Assembly: GCF_964355755.1 (NCBI RefSeq)
Contig: NC_092678.1
Coordinates: 17,873,365 to 17,937,364, forward strand
Length of the DNA: 64,000 bases
From: Antedon mediterranea
Lineage: Eukaryota > Animalia > Echinodermata
Reading direction: 5' to 3'
The position numbers were made by a program, and so were the translations under genes. Shown here piece by piece: positions 61,901-64,000 of the stretch (position 1 is its first letter; the number at the start of each line of letters is the position of its first letter). A model generated the notes under the pieces. That model searched no databases. It saw only the letters and a list, made by a program, of their open reading frames with translations, and was not told where the DNA came from.

Positions 61901-63400
61901 TCAACGATTTGCCCCAAATAGGGGTGTTTTCCGATCGTGGTATACACTGTCTAATGGATGTCCATCTTGAAAAATACCCGCCACAAAAATACGAGGAGGC
62001 TTCGCATTTTCCTATCTCCTTCTACGATAATTGTTTTTAATAGCTGAAAACCGGTTGAACAGCTAGAGTACAGCATCATAATGTTGAAGACAGGCCTACT
62101 TTCTTCAAAAATACTATTTTGATATATTTAATATACGATTATACAAATGTATTGATTTGCGATGAATGGAACATTCCAATCTCTGTTTCACAAGTGTCTA
62201 TTCCCTCAGGCGTCGTAAAGGCAAGTACAGTACTGTATACTCAAAATTCGATCCATTTTTGTTTTCAATCTGTGCTGCAGAGGTTGGATATAATTTTTTT
62301 TTAAACGGATAATGAGCTAGCGTTTTCACTCGCCGTATATTATGTACAAATCTTTATTATTGCAGTTAAACCACCCACATCATCACCTTTCCCTCACTGG
62401 CATGAGTAGCGTTGTAAAACCAGTAGAGAATAGGCCTACGGTACATCACATGCCCTAAACGCAGAACAACTTTGGTGGGTAGGGTAGAAACCAACTTAAG
62501 TATGAATTGGCTCTAAGAAACAATTGAAAACCATTAGGCCTACTAATTAAGTTGAGTTAGATAATTTAATATTTATTGACGATTAAATCGAATTTATGGT
62601 TTTACATTGTATTATAAACATATACACGTCGTAGTGATGTATCGTTACATGTGCTGTACTATTTCAATCGACTAGGACGGTGATAGCTTCAACAAAGTAT
62701 TACATCGCAATGTTTTACTGTGTTTAGTGGTATATTATTTGTAAAACATGAAAGCAATTAATATTTCGTTACTAAATGGATAAAGAATAATATTTTAACA
62801 TTGTTCCTCTTTGCACCCATCCTCTTCCCCATCTCAACCCTAATGTTACATACAAAACACAAATTAAGTTTGTTTAAATTTGACTTAAACAATTGGTCTT
62901 ATAGGGTGCTAATTTTAGTTGAGTACATAAATCACAGTGTCTATTTATTCGTTCCTGTAAACGACATGTATTATTGTCCTGCGGTACGTACATTTGAAAT
63001 CGCCAGTTTTTTAACGCTGAAATTATTATGTATTCGAGAACCATCTGTGGGCACGACCTAGATGGTACGCGAGCGAAGCGAGCGTACCATCTAGTTTTAA
63101 AAATTCATGGCAGTTGTAATGGTTGAATTAAACCATAGTCAATATAGGCCTATACTTTCAAAATCTTCAGCGTTGGTGCAAAATTAATTAATTATGGATT
63201 ATTTTTAATTTCCTAATTGAATTTTGTGCTTTAACGGATGTACTATCCGAAATAAAAGAAAGGAATGAATTAATTTATATAATTAGAAGTATCTTACCGT
63301 TAACCGGCGCACCAGCACTAACAACATTCGCCGCCGAAGCGCTCTCAGGTTCTCCGATGATATCATTGATAGAAAAGCCGATTGACTGTTTCGTCATCAT
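52941..63400 (-). CDS. NK2-class homeobox protein, divergent Nkx2.2-like, 2 exons, 183 aa
   Basis: Exon 1 63400-63298 [18 protein letters not shown]... (TN/eh1 motif FSINDII; phase 1 donor gtaaga). Exon 2 53389-52941 (acceptor tttag) has homeodomain [17 protein letters not shown]...[20 protein letters not shown] (Tyr54) and NK2-specific domain [16 protein letters not shown]. An extra small exon cannot be excluded. Confidence 0.88.
54164..54171. promoter_or_regulatory. CRE/ATF palindrome upstream of the KolX-like gene
   Basis: TGACGTCA within TGTGACGTCACA, ~100 bp upstream of ATG 54270. Confidence 0.4.
54270..55326 (+). CDS. KolX-like accessory protein: P2X7 C-terminal ballast / Zn-cluster-like domain, 2 exons, 209 aa
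   Basis: Exon 1 54270-54478 (acidic, PYNFEP, ends TG|gtaggt) + exon 2 54906-55326 (cag|G) gives WCSCEHC...ECICCKE...CITNHPGF...[17 protein letters not shown]...[15 protein letters not shown]...FTGFK. Confidence 0.88.
55607..61542 (-). CDS. THAP-domain DDE transposase (Kolobok type), 3 exons, 708 aa, intact
   Basis: Exon 1 61542-61328 THAP (CVAANC..FRWP..W....W.P....LCFKHF). Exon 2 57608-57510 supplies the THAP AVPTI box. Exon 3 57419-55607 has an acidic linker, a Cys/His cluster (CLSC..CLCCH), and catalytic motifs [32 protein letters not shown]. Both junctions are phase 2, canonical GT-AG. Confidence 0.9.
58033..61198. mobile_element. Non-autonomous TIR element nested in transposase intron 1
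   Basis: Imperfect ~75-bp inverted repeats: GCCGGTGTAAGATTtAAaTGTGTCC...TTTTCAGCATTGaATAGTGT from 58033 and its complement ending ...AATCTTACACCGGC at 61198; no clear TSD. Confidence 0.7.
59974..60912. repeat. Tandem repeat, ~131-bp unit, ~7 copies plus a partial
   Basis: Motif AAAGTGATCTTTAATTGGAAGAGGACCAGTACAATTACTTG recurs near 59976, 60108, 60240, 60371, 60501, 60630, 60764 and 60893. Confidence 0.9.
61715..61722. promoter_or_regulatory. CRE/ATF palindrome upstream of the transposase
   Basis: TGACGTCA within GTGACGTCAC, ~175 bp upstream of ATG 61542; ETS-like GGCGGAAGT adjacent at ~61689. Confidence 0.4.
63058..63094 (+). mobile_element. Helitron-like 3' terminal hairpin
   Basis: CTAGATGGTACGC-gagcgaagcga-GCGTACCATCTAG|T, 13-bp stem ending CTAG before T. 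Confidence 0.45.
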
Positions 63401-64000
63401 TATTAGGCCTATACTCGATTTTCGTTTCTATCTTGCCAGAAGCTAAAACACAAACAGGTTTAATATAAAAAATATAATGGGCCTATTTGTGTTGATATTT
63501 TAAAAGCTTGACCAAATTTACGTAACATGAGATTAGAATGATGACCATATTCGCGAAGTACCTGTTGTATGCTGTACTGAAGTGTTAACAACAACATCTT
63601 CGCATTTAAAAAAAATTGTCTAGGTAGGTTGAGTATGCCGTATCTTGTAGGGTATAATAGTATGTTGCCCATTTGAGTAGCATTACATGCAGTAATCATA
63701 CCATTACTCTGGACATTTCTGTTAAATCACATTAATTTATATTTTACCTAACATCTTTTGCTAAAACACCTGTTTGCATTGTTTTCTGAAGTTACTGAAC
63801 ATCAAAACAAAGTATTTTTTTAAACATCTATTTACAATACCACTTTTTATATTAATTAAAATTACAAATTATTTTTGTGTACTGCAAAATCCACTCCACA
63901 TCATTAAGTTAACTAAAGCAAGTTGGTATTCTGAATTTAGCCCAGATAGATACATAGATGAATGTACCCCGTCCGGAACGTACTTGTAGACTATGTAACA

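Noticed and set aside
63440-64000. Coding gene upstream of the homeobox gene
   Set aside because: Appears to be a broken LINE RT remnant on the minus strand (DILKA.D, WY.E-like pieces); too degraded to annotate confidently.

Overview
AT-rich, intron-containing animal DNA. It is most consistent with an invertebrate deuterostome such as an echinoderm; this is inferred from gene and repeat content only. Three host genes can be assembled by hand from GT-AG exons with consistent phases. (1) On the minus strand, the 5' part of a signal peptide-CUB-LRRNT-(LRR)n receptor-like gene runs off the left edge; each LRR is a separate 72-bp phase-2 exon inside a duplicated, shuffled exon+intron unit. (2) On the plus strand is a complete 10-exon NCKIPSD/SPIN90/WISH gene (639 aa). 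(3) On the minus strand is a 2-exon divergent NK2-class (Nkx2.2-like) homeobox gene (183 aa). The single intron of the homeobox gene carries a complete 7.9-kb Kolobok-type DNA transposon with a TTAA TSD and perfect 15-bp TIRs. The transposon holds two convergent, spliced, intact genes: a 708-aa THAP+DDE transposase and a 209-aa protein that is essentially a free-standing P2X7 cytoplasmic ballast (Zn-cluster) domain. A paralogous empty-site copy nearby supports its boundaries, and its first intron carries a nested TIR element with a satellite. The rest is LINE fragments, tRNA- and 5S-derived SINEs, MITEs, Helentron-like elements and tandem repeats. All calls are by eye; no database searches were run.
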